A DNA stretch of 64,000 nt from the NCBI GenBank assembly GCA_030141605.1, contig JAQGDQ010000761.1, positions 1 through 64,000 of the forward strand, read 5' to 3'. Under the pieces are notes generated by a model. The model did no database searches. It had not been told where the DNA came from and saw nothing but the letters and a program-made list of their open reading frames with translations. Shown piece after piece: positions 63,470-64,000 of the stretch. Numbering within the stretch: position 1 is the first letter of the stretch; the number at the start of each line of letters is the position of its first letter. This DNA comes from Tubiluchus corallicola (lineage: Eukaryota > Animalia > Priapulida). Both the position numbers and the translations under genes were made by a program.

Positions 63470-63930
63470 GGTTTTCTCACTATAATATATAATCCAGCAT
63501 CCTTGTTACAGGCATGTTCCAATTAGCACGGTGATTAAATTTCAATGGATGATGTTCATAGTGCCTATCTAATTTTGATTTAAATAAATTTACAGATGTT
63601 GCTGTTCTCACATCACAGGGCAATCTATTCCAGATTTCTGGCATCGTACAAGAAAAATAGTCGTATTTACCAGTTTTGTGTGCAGTTCTTGATTTATGAA
63701 GAATAGGACCTGATCATGCTGTGCGATGTACTTCTAATTTAACAGGACAATCATCATCACAGATATAAACTCCAGATACATATTTGTATACATCAATTAG
63801 CTGGCCACGTAAACGTCTAAAAGCTAATGTAGTTAAACCTATTCGTTTTAACTGACTTTCATACGTCAAGTTCATTAGTTCCGGTAACATATTGAAAGCT
63901 CTCATTTGGACAGTTTCGACTGGGTCCACT
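63470..63930 (-). mobile_element. CR1-clade LINE 3' fragment
   Basis: PELMNLTYESQLKRIGLTTLAFRRLRGQLIDVYK resembles the CR1 ORF2 C-terminal motif, followed by a WNRLP...SVNLFKSKLD-like remnant. Confidence 0.8.
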
Positions 63931-64000
63931 ATATATGCCCTAGGACTATTCCAAAATAATAGGCAGAATAAGTGTGATATAATAAATAAATGAAACAACT

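Overview
AT-rich animal (invertebrate-type) genomic DNA, not prokaryotic. It holds three recognisable genes. (1) The 5' part of a clathrin heavy chain gene (CLTC/Chc) on the minus strand: 14 GT-AG coding exons from ATG 55549 down to 2417, continuing past position 1. (2) A GEMIN4-like long single exon (48232-45182) nested on the same strand inside the ~26.5 kb first CLTC intron. It has no usable N-terminal ATG and begins at a phase-0 acceptor compatible with CLTC exon 1. (3) A complete 4-exon IFT20 gene on the plus strand, head-to-head with CLTC (427 bp between the ATGs). Introns are rich in minisatellites, MITEs (Tc1/mariner-pogo, hAT, piggyBac/Kolobok-like, Harbinger-like), a 5S-rRNA-headed SINE family (4 copies), LINE fragments and a solo LTR. 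The most unusual signals are the probable sharing of exon 1 between CLTC and GEMIN4, and tandem arrays built from CLTC's own splice junctions: the 54-bp array at 1-1563 is about 30 copies of the acceptor plus the first 9 codons of the next exon. All family assignments are by eye and from recalled sequences; no searches were run.
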